Below are positions 40,572 to 50,228 of a DNA stretch of 64,000 nucleotides, one piece after another. Source of the stretch: Candidatus Thorarchaeota archaeon (lineage in GTDB: Archaea; Asgardarchaeota; Thorarchaeia; Thorarchaeales; Thorarchaeaceae); the NCBI GenBank assembly GCA_046758445.1, contig JBHIAE010000004.1, forward strand, positions 32,001 to 96,000. The letters run 5' to 3'. A model generated the notes under the pieces. The model worked only from the letters and a program-made list of their open reading frames with translations. It did not search any database and had not been told where the DNA came from. Every line of letters starts with the position of its first letter. The first letter of the stretch is position 1. Both the position numbers and the translations under genes were made by a program.

Positions 40572-41138
40572 ATGAATAATGATAGGATAAGAACCGTAGA
40601 GTATTCAGAGCGTCTTGCCAAACGCATTGCACAACATCTCCTCACGGGAGTGCCTCCTGAAGTTGTTCATGGCCAGAGGGTAACCCTACTGGCCCCGGGT
40701 CCTGACGAGGTCTATAGTGTCTGCTCCCTGAGCAACCAAGTTGTCGTTGGAATCTGCACAGGAGTGAGGATGAAGTGGCATGCATCCCGTCATCGCATAG
40801 AACTTGTCCAGTTAGTTGTTCATCCAGACTTCCAACGGAGAGGCATTGCTCGACAAATGATTAGGGCGATCTCCGAGCACTTCGAGGAGAGAGGCGCTGA
40901 AATCCTGCAAGTCAGTGCGGATGGCGGGAATCAAGCTGCAATTGAGGCATATCGTAGAATGGGATTTGTCGAGTTCGGTCGCCTTCAGAACGGACTGAAG
41001 TATGATGATCGCCATGCAGATGAGGTGATGATGGCCGCAGGAGTTGACGCCATGCTAGATGCTACAGACTACGATCAAGACTATCAGTCATTCTTACGAA
41101 ATTCATCAAGCTCTTCTCAGCAGCTTCTCGAGGTCTGA
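40572..41138 (+). CDS. GNAT family N-acetyltransferase
   Basis: VHPDFQRRGIARQM, N.AAIEAYRRMGF. Confidence 0.87.
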   Translation: MNNDRIRTVEYSERLAKRIAQHLLTGVPPEVVHGQRVTLLAPGPDEVYSVCSLSNQVVVGICTGVRMKWHASRHRIELVQLVVHPDFQRRGIARQMIRAISEHFEERGAEILQVSADGGNQAAIEAYRRMGFVEFGRLQNGLKYDDRHADEVMMAAGVDAMLDATDYDQDYQSFLRNSSSSSQQLLEV

Positions 41139-41898
41139 CCTCAAAGACATAGAGAGCGGGTTCAGGTAGTTCTGCCAAGAATCGTAGTGCGCGCTCGAAG
41201 TTGATAGACCCGTTTCCAACTATTTGATGCGACCCATATAGATCATTACGACCGTGGACGTGCACTATCTCAATTGCATCCCTGTGTTTCTTGAACGCTT
41301 CCCAGTCTTCAGCTTGGAGCTTTGGACCATAGAGCTTAGGGATGTCAAGGCACAGCTTCAGTCCCTTGGGGACCATTAGATCAATTGCCTCGCGTACAAT
41401 GGGAGTCCAAGCATGGTTTTCAAGGACTATGCTGACATGCTCTCTACAATGTACAATCAAGTCGGATAGATTGTCGCAGAGGACTGAGAGATACAGGTCA
41501 CGCCTGCTCTCGAAGAACTCGTCGCTCACCTGTGCGGCCTGTTTGAAGGAAGGGATAGCCCCAGCGTGAAGCACGATGTTTGCTCGGACCTTGCTGATAT
41601 CCCGGGCAAAATCGATGACGTCCCTGAAGAACTCAAGAATGGCTTGCCGAATGGGAGGATACGTTGTGAACAGGCTTACATCATCACCCGGAGCATGAAG
41701 ACACCACTCGACACCAAGCTCGTGAGATCTCTGTCGAAGCTGCATTCGCTCATAGAAAGTGATTCTCTCGGGTAACAACTCTGGGACTCCAAAGTCAGGT
41801 ACGACCCCATTCCAATCCGAAGTCGACACATAATCTAGGGCGGCCTCAAATGACGTATCGTATACCATATGGTATGCACGTTTCTGAGGAAGAGCCAT
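41062..41898 (-). CDS. Sugar phosphate isomerase/epimerase (xylose isomerase-like TIM barrel)
   Basis: LHAP, VLHAG, LEN, CLD, VHVHG, H..VG.G.INF, FEV. Confidence 0.8.
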   Translation of the reverse strand: MALPQKRAYHMVYDTSFEAALDYVSTSDWNGVVPDFGVPELLPERITFYERMQLRQRSHELGVEWCLHAPGDDVSLFTTYPPIRQAILEFFRDVIDFARDISKVRANIVLHAGAIPSFKQAAQVSDEFFESRRDLYLSVLCDNLSDLIVHCREHVSIVLENHAWTPIVREAIDLMVPKGLKLCLDIPKLYGPKLQAEDWEAFKKHRDAIEIVHVHGRNDLYGSHQIVGNGSINFERALRFLAELPEPALYVFEVRPREAAEKSLMNFVRMTDSLDRSL

Positions 41899-42196
41899 AC
41901 CGACAAATGGGTGATGATTGCATAAGAGGATGATTCGTTTCTACGTCGGTGCCACTCAGTCCGTTTCGGCAATGAAAGACAAGCATAAATGCCAGATTGA
42001 AAGGCCAATAGGAGGCAAACTCAGAATAGAGGCTAATGGTATCGATGGTTACAGTTTGTTTCAAAAGAGCAGACATTTTGTTACGCTTTTGTGTGTTCTG
42101 CATCTTTAAGTATAGGGTTTGTAACTACCCGCCCCTCATACTCTATGGTGCACTGATCAAGCACCTAGGGAGCTGCACGTTTCCTCTGCTTGCAGA

Positions 42197-42225
42197 GAAC
42201 GTGTGGGAGGAGAAGAATATTGAGA
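42197..42225 (+). repeat. 29-nt 5' UTR/start duplication shared with 44587-44615
   Basis: GAACGTG(T/C)GGGAGGAGAAGAATATTGAGA, 28 of 29 identical, precedes both peptidase paralogs. Confidence 0.85.
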
Positions 42226-44337
42226 GAAAAAACAGTACTGTTAGCACTAATCTTGACAATGAGCCTCGTCATCCCTGTGGCTTTTGTGTCATTTGGTGCT
42301 GCTGCGACTGCTGATTTTCCCGAGTACAAAGGTGTAGACCTTGAGAGTGGATTGGCAGGAGAGTCATATATGCCTGAGATCTCTGAATCTACTGCTGAGA
42401 CGGCCTATGGAGGAACCTATCAGTACGACGCAGCGGTACCCGTCGGGACTACTGTCTATGACTGGTATATTGGAGCAATCTCGGGATCTCCATGGATGAC
42501 TCTCCGAGCAGTTTCCGAGTTCGCTGAGGTCTGGGTGCAGGATGACCTCTCATTCCCTTAGGGGGATCCCAGAAATGACGACCCATACCTGTGGCAGGTG
42601 ACTGATGAACAGAGTCAGTATCTGGCAGACGAGTTCGACTCAGTAATCTATCAAAGACTCACTCAGTTCTTTGGAGTACCACACGACAGGGATGGTACAG
42701 GCACCATCTTTGAGTTAATCGGATTGCCGGCCTTCACGTACGATTGGCTGAATGCGACCGACAACCCTCAGAGAACAATAATCAAAGTCCTCAACTATCG
42801 CGACGAGAACTACTATGACCCGAACTATCCCTACTATGTGATCGGCTTCTTCAGCTCCACATATTCAGGATACTAGTAGAGAAACATGATCCACATCGAC
42901 AACTGGGCATGGTATCAGAGAGTTGGGGCCGAAGGAACTCAGTGGTATCCTGACGACCGTCCCGAGTTGGTGGTCACCCGACCCTACACCTACGAGGGTA
43001 CGATCGCTCATGAGTATCAACACCTCATCCATAGAGACTATCAGGCCGATCCTGCAGCCTTCATGAATGAGGGCAGCTCAATGTATGCCGAAGTTCTCTG
43101 CGGTTATGGTATTCCATGGAGTCACATCAACAGCTACTTGGCCACACCGGACAATTCACTCACCGACTGGGAGGACCAAGGAGGCATCAATGTCCTCGCG
43201 GATTATGGAGCAGCGGTACTCTGGACCATATACCTGAGCGATCACTTTGGAGCTGAGTTTCTAAGCTACTACGTGGGAGCAGGTATTCCTGGTATTGAGG
43301 GAATCAATGCGGCTCTGGCGCACTTTGGCTACGACTTGACCTTTGACGAGGTTTTCCACAACTGGAAACTCGCAAACCTGATACATTCGGACTTCCCAGG
43401 TGGAGGGTTGTACAACTACGACACACTTGACTTGGGCAGCGCAGATGCTGAACCAGCCAGAGTGTATGAAATTGAGAAACTACCTGTGCCGACGACTTTC
43501 GGTTCGGACTTCGGTTCAACTGTGAGTATTCTCGGATACGACACAGGAGTTACGAACCTTGGTCCATACGCAACTGACTATATCGCTCTTACCAAGTGGC
43601 AGTTCCAGAAGCCATGGTTCAAGAGTCTTGAGTTCGATGGCGATGATCGAGCAGTCTACGGTTGGACGATGACAGAGCTCGGTTGGTACTCCGGCGCTCT
43701 GAATCTAGTAGACACGTTGTTAGTCGGCGAGGGATTCGTAGATCCAGATGATCCAACACTGGAGCTCACGACCTACTTGGACATCGAGGACTACTGGGAC
43801 TTCGGGTTCGTCCAAGTTTCCACAGACGGAGGTCAAACATGGGTGTCACTTGAGAACGAATTCACCACTTTCGACCATGACCCTGATGCACATCCGACTG
43901 TTCTGGCGAACCTTCCAGGACTTACGGGTTGGAGTGGAGACTTCCTAACGATTAGCTTCGACGTTTCAGCCTACGCAGGACAGACAGTGTTATTCGGATT
44001 CCGATACGTGACTGACTGGGCCACCCTATACGAAGGATGGTATATCAGTGAGGCCAGCATCAGCGGGACGGCACTGGACCTTATGCCTGTCTATCCAGAG
44101 GCAGACTTCCAGGTTTCGCTGGTCTACTACATGAAGTTCAGTGGAGAGTACTATCCAATCTTCGTCTGGGACCTGAGTCTTGATTCAGCGACAGAAGAAG
44201 GAACCACGTGGGTATTTCCGCCACACCGTGGCTACGTCGTATTAGTCGTTAGCGCGATCCATGATGCCGGATTGGCTGACTACTCCTTCGAGGTAGACTT
44301 CTTGCACAAGCGTCATTGTGGTTTTTGGATTGAGTAG
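42220..44337 (+). pseudogene. Secreted M6/immune inhibitor A-like zinc metallopeptidase interrupted by three in-frame TAG codons (42559-61, 42874-76, 42877-79)
   Basis: The three track ORFs (42190-42561, 42598-42876, 42886-44337) share one frame and align colinearly with the intact paralog 44610-46694; AHEYQH zinc motif. Confidence 0.85.
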
Positions 44338-44362
44338 AGTAAAGGTTCCATAGAAACGGAAC

Positions 44363-44411
44363 AGCTGTGAACGCTGGAAGAACGCAGGGTTCACAGCTCT
44401 GATTTCTTTTT
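44363..44411 (+). terminator. Hairpin plus T-tract after the first peptidase
   Basis: AGCTGTGAAC...GTTCACAGCT followed by ctgatttctttttt. Confidence 0.65.
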
Positions 44412-44609
44412 CAGGACTGTCACCGAAACGACCGTCCAATAATAGCCGGTATTTTCGAATTCTGAAATGACTGGTTTTATTCTGAAATGGTCCAATACTT
44501 AAATAGCGGATTTGTCCATGGGGGCTCTGCATCAAGTAGTGTGTTATTAACGCACAGTGCAATCTGGCACGTTCTCTTTTTCTAGTGAACGTGCGGGAGG
44601 AGAAGAATA

Positions 44610-46694
44610 TTGAGAAGAGAGAAAACAACAGTACTGTTAGCTCTGTTACTAGTGTTTGGCATGTCAACAGTAATGTTTTTCGTGCCATCCGCTGCAGGCG
44701 TCAGTGCTGAGCTTCCTGACTATGAACCGATAGATGCCGGTCCAAGGCTCAGGGATGCTAACTATCCCATACAACCGGATAACGGTGTGATCACTAACGG
44801 TGGAGGAGATGGGGATGACGCTGTGGAGTACGACAGGAAGGAATGGCTGTCACTCGATGACTACTATGCGTACTACTTCTTCACCAACTTCAGCCTTAGG
44901 GCGTTCTCTGCCACAACGGAGATCTGGGTGCAGGTCTACGAGGAGCGTGGATTCCCTGCGGACGACTCAAGAGGCACTCCAGTGATCACTCAGGCGGAAG
45001 TTGAGTTTCTGCTAGCTGAGTTTGATTCGAACATCTATCCAACAGACTCGGGCTACTTTGGGACTCCTGACTTCCACGACGGGACTTGGTCATTGTTGGA
45101 GTATTGGGGATACTTCCCACCTGGATACTACTTCAATGAAGATGGGAGAAACGTCATCCTAGTGTCAAACTTCAGAGACGACAACTTCTACGATGAACTC
45201 TACCCATACTACATAGCTGGTTTCTTCTCGAGTTCACTCGAGGCGTACCACGATAGGAACATCATAAGCATTGATACTTGGCAATGGGAGAATAGAATTG
45301 GTCCGGAGGGAACCGAATGGCTTCCCGGCATATTTGTTCAACGTCCTTATCTATATGAGGCCGTAATCGCTCATGAGTATCAACACCTGATACACTCTGA
45401 CTACCACTCGGGCGATCCTAGCTTCATAAACGAGGGCGCTTCGATGTTCGCGGAGGTCCTCTGTGGCTATGGAGTCCCATGGGGTGACATCAATAGTTAT
45501 CTGGCTACTCCAGACAACTCACTGACAGAATGGGGTGATCAGGGAGGCCGCAACATCCTGGCGGACTATGGTGCAGCAGCGTTATTCGCAATATACCTTA
45601 ACGACCAGTTCGGAGCTGACTATTGGAGCAACTACATGGCTCAACCAGTGAACGGAATTCCCGGCCTTGAAACAGGGTTTGGCGGAATGACCTTCGATAA
45701 GGTCTTCCACAACTGGAGGATTGCTAACCTGATCCACTCAGACAAACCTGGACATGGAAAGTACAACTATAAGACCCTTGACCTCGCCGACGCGGATCCT
45801 GTTAGAACGTACTCCGTGGAAGGACCCTATGTCCCATGGACGTCGGGCTCAAGCTTTGGAACGACTGTGACCATTCTTGGATACGATACCGGCATATCAT
45901 TGGTAGGCCCATACGGCACCGACTACATAGAGATTACAAAGGTGAATAAGAGACGCGCTAAGCTGTTCTTGTTTGATGGCGACGATTCAGCCTATGTGGA
46001 TCCAGGTCCGCAATGGACATACCTCCCTGACTCCGGTATGTGGTACTCAGGTGCTGATGACCTGATGAACACAGTCATTGCAGGAGTGGCAAATGTGGAT
46101 CCTGGTGATCCAACCCTTGTGATGACTACGTATTGGGACATCGAGGACTATTGGGACTACGGCTTTGTACAGGTATCGACCGACGACGGCATGACATGGA
46201 CATCACTTGAGAATGAGTACACTACGTACGACCACGACCCAGCTGCTCATCCAAACGCTGTGGAGAACCTTCCAGGACTGACGGGTTGGAGCGGTGACTT
46301 CATAGAAATTGCTTTCGACCTCACTGGCTATTCTGGTGAAGTCCTTATCGGCTTCCGATACGTGACTGACTGGGCTTTCACCTATAAAGGCTGGTACATT
46401 GTGGACGGCGTGACTGTCAGTGGTGTGCCGCTGGAGCTTGCTCCTTGGTTCCCACCCCCACCAGAAGCAGACTTCATGGTAACTCTGGTTTCGGTCAGGG
46501 AGAAACATGGAAGACTCAAGTACTCTGTGAAGGACGTTCACACCTGGGACGAGTTCGAGTTCGGATTGCGATTCGTCAAGTGGGGCAAACCGGATGCTAT
46601 CTTCGTGGTTGTCAGTCCTATACACGAGGCTGGTGTCGTTGACTACCAGATAGCCATGATTCCGTTCCGGTTCTGTTGGCACTTCTGGAAGTAG
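44610..46694 (+). CDS. Secreted M6/immune inhibitor A-like zinc metallopeptidase (intact)
   Basis: Signal peptide; AHEYQH; FINEG; DIEDYWDYGFVQVSTDDG.TW and FRYVTD motifs typical of the InhA-like C-terminal beta domain. Confidence 0.85.
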   Translation: MRREKTTVLLALLLVFGMSTVMFFVPSAAGVSAELPDYEPIDAGPRLRDANYPIQPDNGVITNGGGDGDDAVEYDRKEWLSLDDYYAYYFFTNFSLRAFSATTEIWVQVYEERGFPADDSRGTPVITQAEVEFLLAEFDSNIYPTDSGYFGTPDFHDGTWSLLEYWGYFPPGYYFNEDGRNVILVSNFRDDNFYDELYPYYIAGFFSSSLEAYHDRNIISIDTWQWENRIGPEGTEWLPGIFVQRPYLYEAVIAHEYQHLIHSDYHSGDPSFINEGASMFAEVLCGYGVPWGDINSYLATPDNSLTEWGDQGGRNILADYGAAALFAIYLNDQFGADYWSNYMAQPVNGIPGLETGFGGMTFDKVFHNWRIANLIHSDKPGHGKYNYKTLDLADADPVRTYSVEGPYVPWTSGSSFGTTVTILGYDTGISLVGPYGTDYIEITKVNKRRAKLFLFDGDDSAYVDPGPQWTYLPDSGMWYSGADDLMNTVIAGVANVDPGDPTLVMTTYWDIEDYWDYGFVQVSTDDGMTWTSLENEYTTYDHDPAAHPNAVENLPGLTGWSGDFIEIAFDLTGYSGEVLIGFRYVTDWAFTYKGWYIVDGVTVSGVPLELAPWFPPPPEADFMVTLVSVREKHGRLKYSVKDVHTWDEFEFGLRFVKWGKPDAIFVVVSPIHEAGVVDYQIAMIPFRFCWHFWK

Positions 46695-46708
46695 ATTGAA
46701 ACTAAGGT

Positions 46709-46755
46709 TGTGACTGCAACATCTGTGTTGCTTTCACATCCTGTTCTCTTTTTTC
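46709..46755 (+). terminator. Hairpin plus T-tract after the second peptidase
   Basis: TGTGA-CT-GCAACA-tctg-TGTTGC-TT-TCACA then a T-rich run. Confidence 0.55.
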
Positions 46756-46979
46756 TGGTGGGAGCAGAGCAGCAATACAAGGACTGTTTCGGAGTCTTCT
46801 GGCATTCCGATAGATTGTCTGATCAGAGCTCAATTTCCTTTTCCAGAATGTGGATTGTGACGACTTACCACTCTGAATGTCAGAGTCACTCCCATGTGCT
46901 CGGATTTGTTTCTTGTCGTTTGCTGCAAGCCATGCATACGGGACCAGAAGAAGCAGAGGACTACTAGCTGCTCGGAATC

Positions 46980-48347
46980 TTACCTTCTTCGAAACATGAC
47001 TATCAACACTACAACTATGCTAGCAACCAGTATAGAACTCGCGACAATTACCAGAAGCTCGGTTTCTGGGGGTGGGGATATTGTCGTTGTGGTTTCTCCA
47101 GTTGTGGAGGTTGCGGTCGTAACGGTTGTCATATCCGTTGTGGTTGTAGACACTTCGCCAGTAGAGAAGTAGCTGCTCATCATTGTGAAGATCTGCGTGT
47201 CATCGATTTGATTGGCCTGCGGCAGGCCGGCAAAGGCATCTCCGAATAGGAACAGCGGCACATCTGCAGCAGTATGGCCTCTCGTGGTCCACGAAACAGA
47301 GATGTTCTTTGACCGAGAGACTCTCAATGCTCGGTTCTCCTCCTCAGTATTCGAGTCCGAAGGCAAGACATCACCAAGTGTGTCACTAACTACAAGAAGG
47401 CCTCCTGTTTCATGGTCCGCGGTCACGATGAGTATCGTGTTGCTGTGCTCCTGAACATACTTCAGTGATGCATTGACAGCTTTGTTGAAGGCAATCGCTT
47501 CCAGCGCGGCATATGTCTTGTTGTTGTCGTGGCAGCCCCAGTCAATCTGGCCGCCTTCAACCATGAGGAAGAAGCCATCAGAGTCCTGCGACAGAATCTC
47601 CAGCGATTTGTTGGTCATTTCAGCCAACGAGGGAGTGGTTGTGAGATTGCGTGTCTGTTCAGTGTCCATCCCTGAGTGGGAGAAGAGACCCAGAACCTTG
47701 CCGGACGTGACTTGCTCGAACTCGACACGATTCTGTACATATGTATAGCCGTTGGCCATCATAGTCGCCAGCTGACCAGAAGAGAAAGAGGAGTTACCCC
47801 CGCCCATGATGACATCAACAGCGGCCTCTTCGACAATCTGCCTTGTGATCTCTGAATAATCCGTCCGGCTCATAACGTGGGTCATGAAGGACGCGGGAGT
47901 AGCATGGTTTACGGTCGTCGTTGTGATGACGCCGGTGGCCTTGTTCATAGATTGAGCAATCTCTAGGATGGTCTGAACTGGGAGGCCAAAGGTGTCCATC
48001 GCAATCATGCCGTTGTAGGTCTTGACTCCTGAGGAGATTGCAGTGCCTGCAGCGGCAGAGTCGGTAATCGGGCTATTGGCGCTATAGGTGGTAGCTGACC
48101 AGCTGAACAGACCCGTTTCCATGGTGAGGTTCATGTCCTTGCCGACTTCTACCCATCTTGCAAGCTTGACTTGCTGAAACCCCATGCCATCGCCAATCAT
48201 CAGAATCACACTGAGATTGTTGGAGGGGGGTTGAAACGTGGAACTGGAATGCGACAGGCTGTAGACTGGCAAGGATAGGACAAATGCAGAAATGATCAGA
48301 ACTGTCAGAATGTGTTGGTAGTCAAATCGTGGCGCAGTCATTGGCAT
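46980..48347 (-). CDS. phoA: Alkaline phosphatase with Thr-rich linker and C-terminal TM anchor
   Basis: IGDGMG, TDSAAAGTA, HATPA, VEGGQIDWGCH, TADHETGG, GHT. Confidence 0.93.
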   Translation of the reverse strand: MPMTAPRFDYQHILTVLIISAFVLSLPVYSLSHSSSTFQPPSNNLSVILMIGDGMGFQQVKLARWVEVGKDMNLTMETGLFSWSATTYSANSPITDSAAAGTAISSGVKTYNGMIAMDTFGLPVQTILEIAQSMNKATGVITTTTVNHATPASFMTHVMSRTDYSEITRQIVEEAAVDVIMGGGNSSFSSGQLATMMANGYTYVQNRVEFEQVTSGKVLGLFSHSGMDTEQTRNLTTTPSLAEMTNKSLEILSQDSDGFFLMVEGGQIDWGCHDNNKTYAALEAIAFNKAVNASLKYVQEHSNTILIVTADHETGGLLVVSDTLGDVLPSDSNTEEENRALRVSRSKNISVSWTTRGHTAADVPLFLFGDAFAGLPQANQIDDTQIFTMMSSYFSTGEVSTTTTDMTTVTTATSTTGETTTTISPPPETELLVIVASSILVASIVVVLIVMFRRR

Positions 48348-48415
48348 CCAAGCATATCTGTCCCACAGACCACTAGATAAGTTGTCGCAAATGGCATCAC
48401 GAAGGTCGTTGGGGT

Positions 48416-49126
48416 CTATTTCAGAGCTCTGTGGATTGCGGCCAGTCCCAGAGCCACGTAGTGGAAATCGATTCTGCTGAACCCTACACTATGGAGAATC
48501 TCGCCGAGGGTTTCAGCATCATAGAAATTACGAACGGTGTTGGAGAGATAGCCGTACCCAATCCTTGATCCGGATATTAGATGCCCAACGGGTCGTACCA
48601 GAAGACGTATGTAGCGATGAAATAGCCATCTGACTAGACGTGATGGTGGCTGACTTGTTTCGAGGTTGATGAACATACCTCCCGACTTGAGAACTCGACG
48701 AAACTCACTGAATGCCTCCGTCAGTTTCTCGAGATTGAGGTTGATATTTCGCGTCGCAAAAGAGATCACGACGAGGTCAAACGACTCGTCTGGAAAAGGC
48801 AGCTTCAGGGCATCGGCCAAGGCAAGACTGAGCCTTTGTGCCTCTGGTTTTCCTATTGCAGTTCTGAGCATCGGAACGCTGAAGTCCGCAGCGACCACTT
48901 TGGTGTTCTCTCCAGCCATACGGCTCAGGTAGATGGACGTTTCACCTGTTCCGCTACACACCTCTAGCCATCTGGTACCTCCATGCTTGGCTGCTAACTT
49001 GGCGGTCTGTCTACGCCACAGAATGTCGAGTCCCAGTGTAAGAACGTGATTCACAGCTTCGTAAGTGTGGGAAACCTGGGAGAATATTCTCTGAACACCC
49101 TTGCTCAATACGATCACTCCGGACAA
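48416..49126 (-). CDS. ubiE: UbiE/MenG family methyltransferase
   Basis: F..VS.TYE.VNHVLTLGLD..WR, LEVCSGTG, LPFPDESFD, F.TRN, RVLK.GG. Confidence 0.85.
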   Translation of the reverse strand: MSGVIVLSKGVQRIFSQVSHTYEAVNHVLTLGLDILWRRQTAKLAAKHGGTRWLEVCSGTGETSIYLSRMAGENTKVVAADFSVPMLRTAIGKPEAQRLSLALADALKLPFPDESFDLVVISFATRNINLNLEKLTEAFSEFRRVLKSGGMFINLETSQPPSRLVRWLFHRYIRLLVRPVGHLISGSRIGYGYLSNTVRNFYDAETLGEILHSVGFSRIDFHYVALGLAAIHRALK

Positions 49127-49240
49127 ATCTACGTGAGTTGTGTGCGTCCAGAAGAAACCCTAGATATTCACCTGATGGTTTCTGCAGCAGAAAAGAGAAT
49201 GAAGGATAAAAAGGTAGTCAATCTGTAAATCACGTGGAGT

Positions 49241-49711
49241 CTAAACGCTGTACGGAATTGTACGTGGTTCGAGTCCTAGAAGTCGGTAGTATACTGTAAT
49301 CTGGCCACGATGGTGAACACTATGCTCAATCATCTCAAGGATGATCTCGGCGACTGAAGCAGAATGATTGAAGGAGTCGATGACTTGAAGGAGTCCATCC
49401 GGAGTGATCTTGTTCATATAATCTACAGCACGTCCGAATACTTCGTTCGCGAGCGTCCTGATTGCTTGTGAAGACCTGTAGAATTCTACTGTGTAGGGGA
49501 GAGGGTCCCATATCTCTGTAGTCAGTCCTCTCATGTAGTACTCAGTCGACCGCAGTAGGTGAAGTACAATTTCACCCAGCTCTCTCCCTTCCTTCAAAGG
49601 TTTGCTCAAGACAATGTCGTCGCTGAGCTGGCCTATCAGGGGTGAGGTTTCATGGAAGTGGCGTTCAATCGCATCTCTCAGAAAACTGTGAAGCATATCT
49701 CCATCGACCAT
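49241..49711 (-). CDS. DinB superfamily protein
   Basis: EIVLHL and EHSVHHRGQITVYYRLLG metal-binding His motifs. Confidence 0.88.
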   Translation of the reverse strand: MVDGDMLHSFLRDAIERHFHETSPLIGQLSDDIVLSKPLKEGRELGEIVLHLLRSTEYYMRGLTTEIWDPLPYTVEFYRSSQAIRTLANEVFGRAVDYMNKITPDGLLQVIDSFNHSASVAEIILEMIEHSVHHRGQITVYYRLLGLEPRTIPYSV

Positions 49712-49768
49712 CTAGTCACAACTTCCAACGAAGTAGAAGATCATTCAGGACTGTGGAACTAGCCAGCA

Positions 49769-50146
49769 TTATTCGCAGTCGCCAACTCTCATAACAATGA
49801 CTTTTGCTTCATCGGCAAGGTCACCGAAGACTTGGTGGAAGTAGCGCGCCGCATCAACGAAGCCCTCTTCGCCAGCCTCTGTCAGGCGATAGACCACCTG
49901 TCGTCGGTCGCCTTCCTCCTTGGAGCCCTCAATCAGACCTCTGTCCTTCAGGTCCTTGAGTGCGGGGTAGATTGTACCTGGTGTTGGCTTGGTCCCACGC
50001 CGCTTGGCGATCTGCTGAGCAATCTGCTGACCATTCATTGGACTCTTGCTTAGCTCCCACAGAATCTGGAACGTCAGGAAGCCCCTCATGTCACAACAGT
50101 CCGGAGGACAACATAGCTCATTCTCACTCTGGTCTGTCACATTCAA
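49769..50146 (-). CDS. PadR family regulator with N-terminal CCPPDCC motif
   Basis: MRGFL...IL..L...PMNG, PGTIYPALKDL, YRLTEAG. Start is TTG 50146 or GTG 50140. Confidence 0.88.
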   Translation of the reverse strand: MNVTDQSENELCCPPDCCDMRGFLTFQILWELSKSPMNGQQIAQQIAKRRGTKPTPGTIYPALKDLKDRGLIEGSKEEGDRRQVVYRLTEAGEEGFVDAARYFHQVFGDLADEAKVIVMRVGDCE

Positions 50147-50215
50147 TATTGGACATCCGATACATTTAAGTGTATATGTAGGACGCCCGATAGTAGTAAT
50201 ATTGGTCATCCAATA
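50147..50215. promoter_or_regulatory. Three 16-bp palindromic operator-like sites between padR and arsM
   Basis: TATTGGACATCCGATA (50147-62), TGTAGGACGCCCGATA (50177-92), TATTGGTCATCCAATA (50200-15); a TTTAAG/TATA-like box lies between sites 1 and 2. Confidence 0.72.
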
Positions 50216-50228
50216 CAAGGTGAAGACG

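Noticed and set aside
42220-44337. Genome-wide TAG reassignment
   Set aside because: Many complete genes in the window (alaS, DUF47, arsM, preA, the acyl-CoA ligase and others) end at TAG at their expected C-termini.
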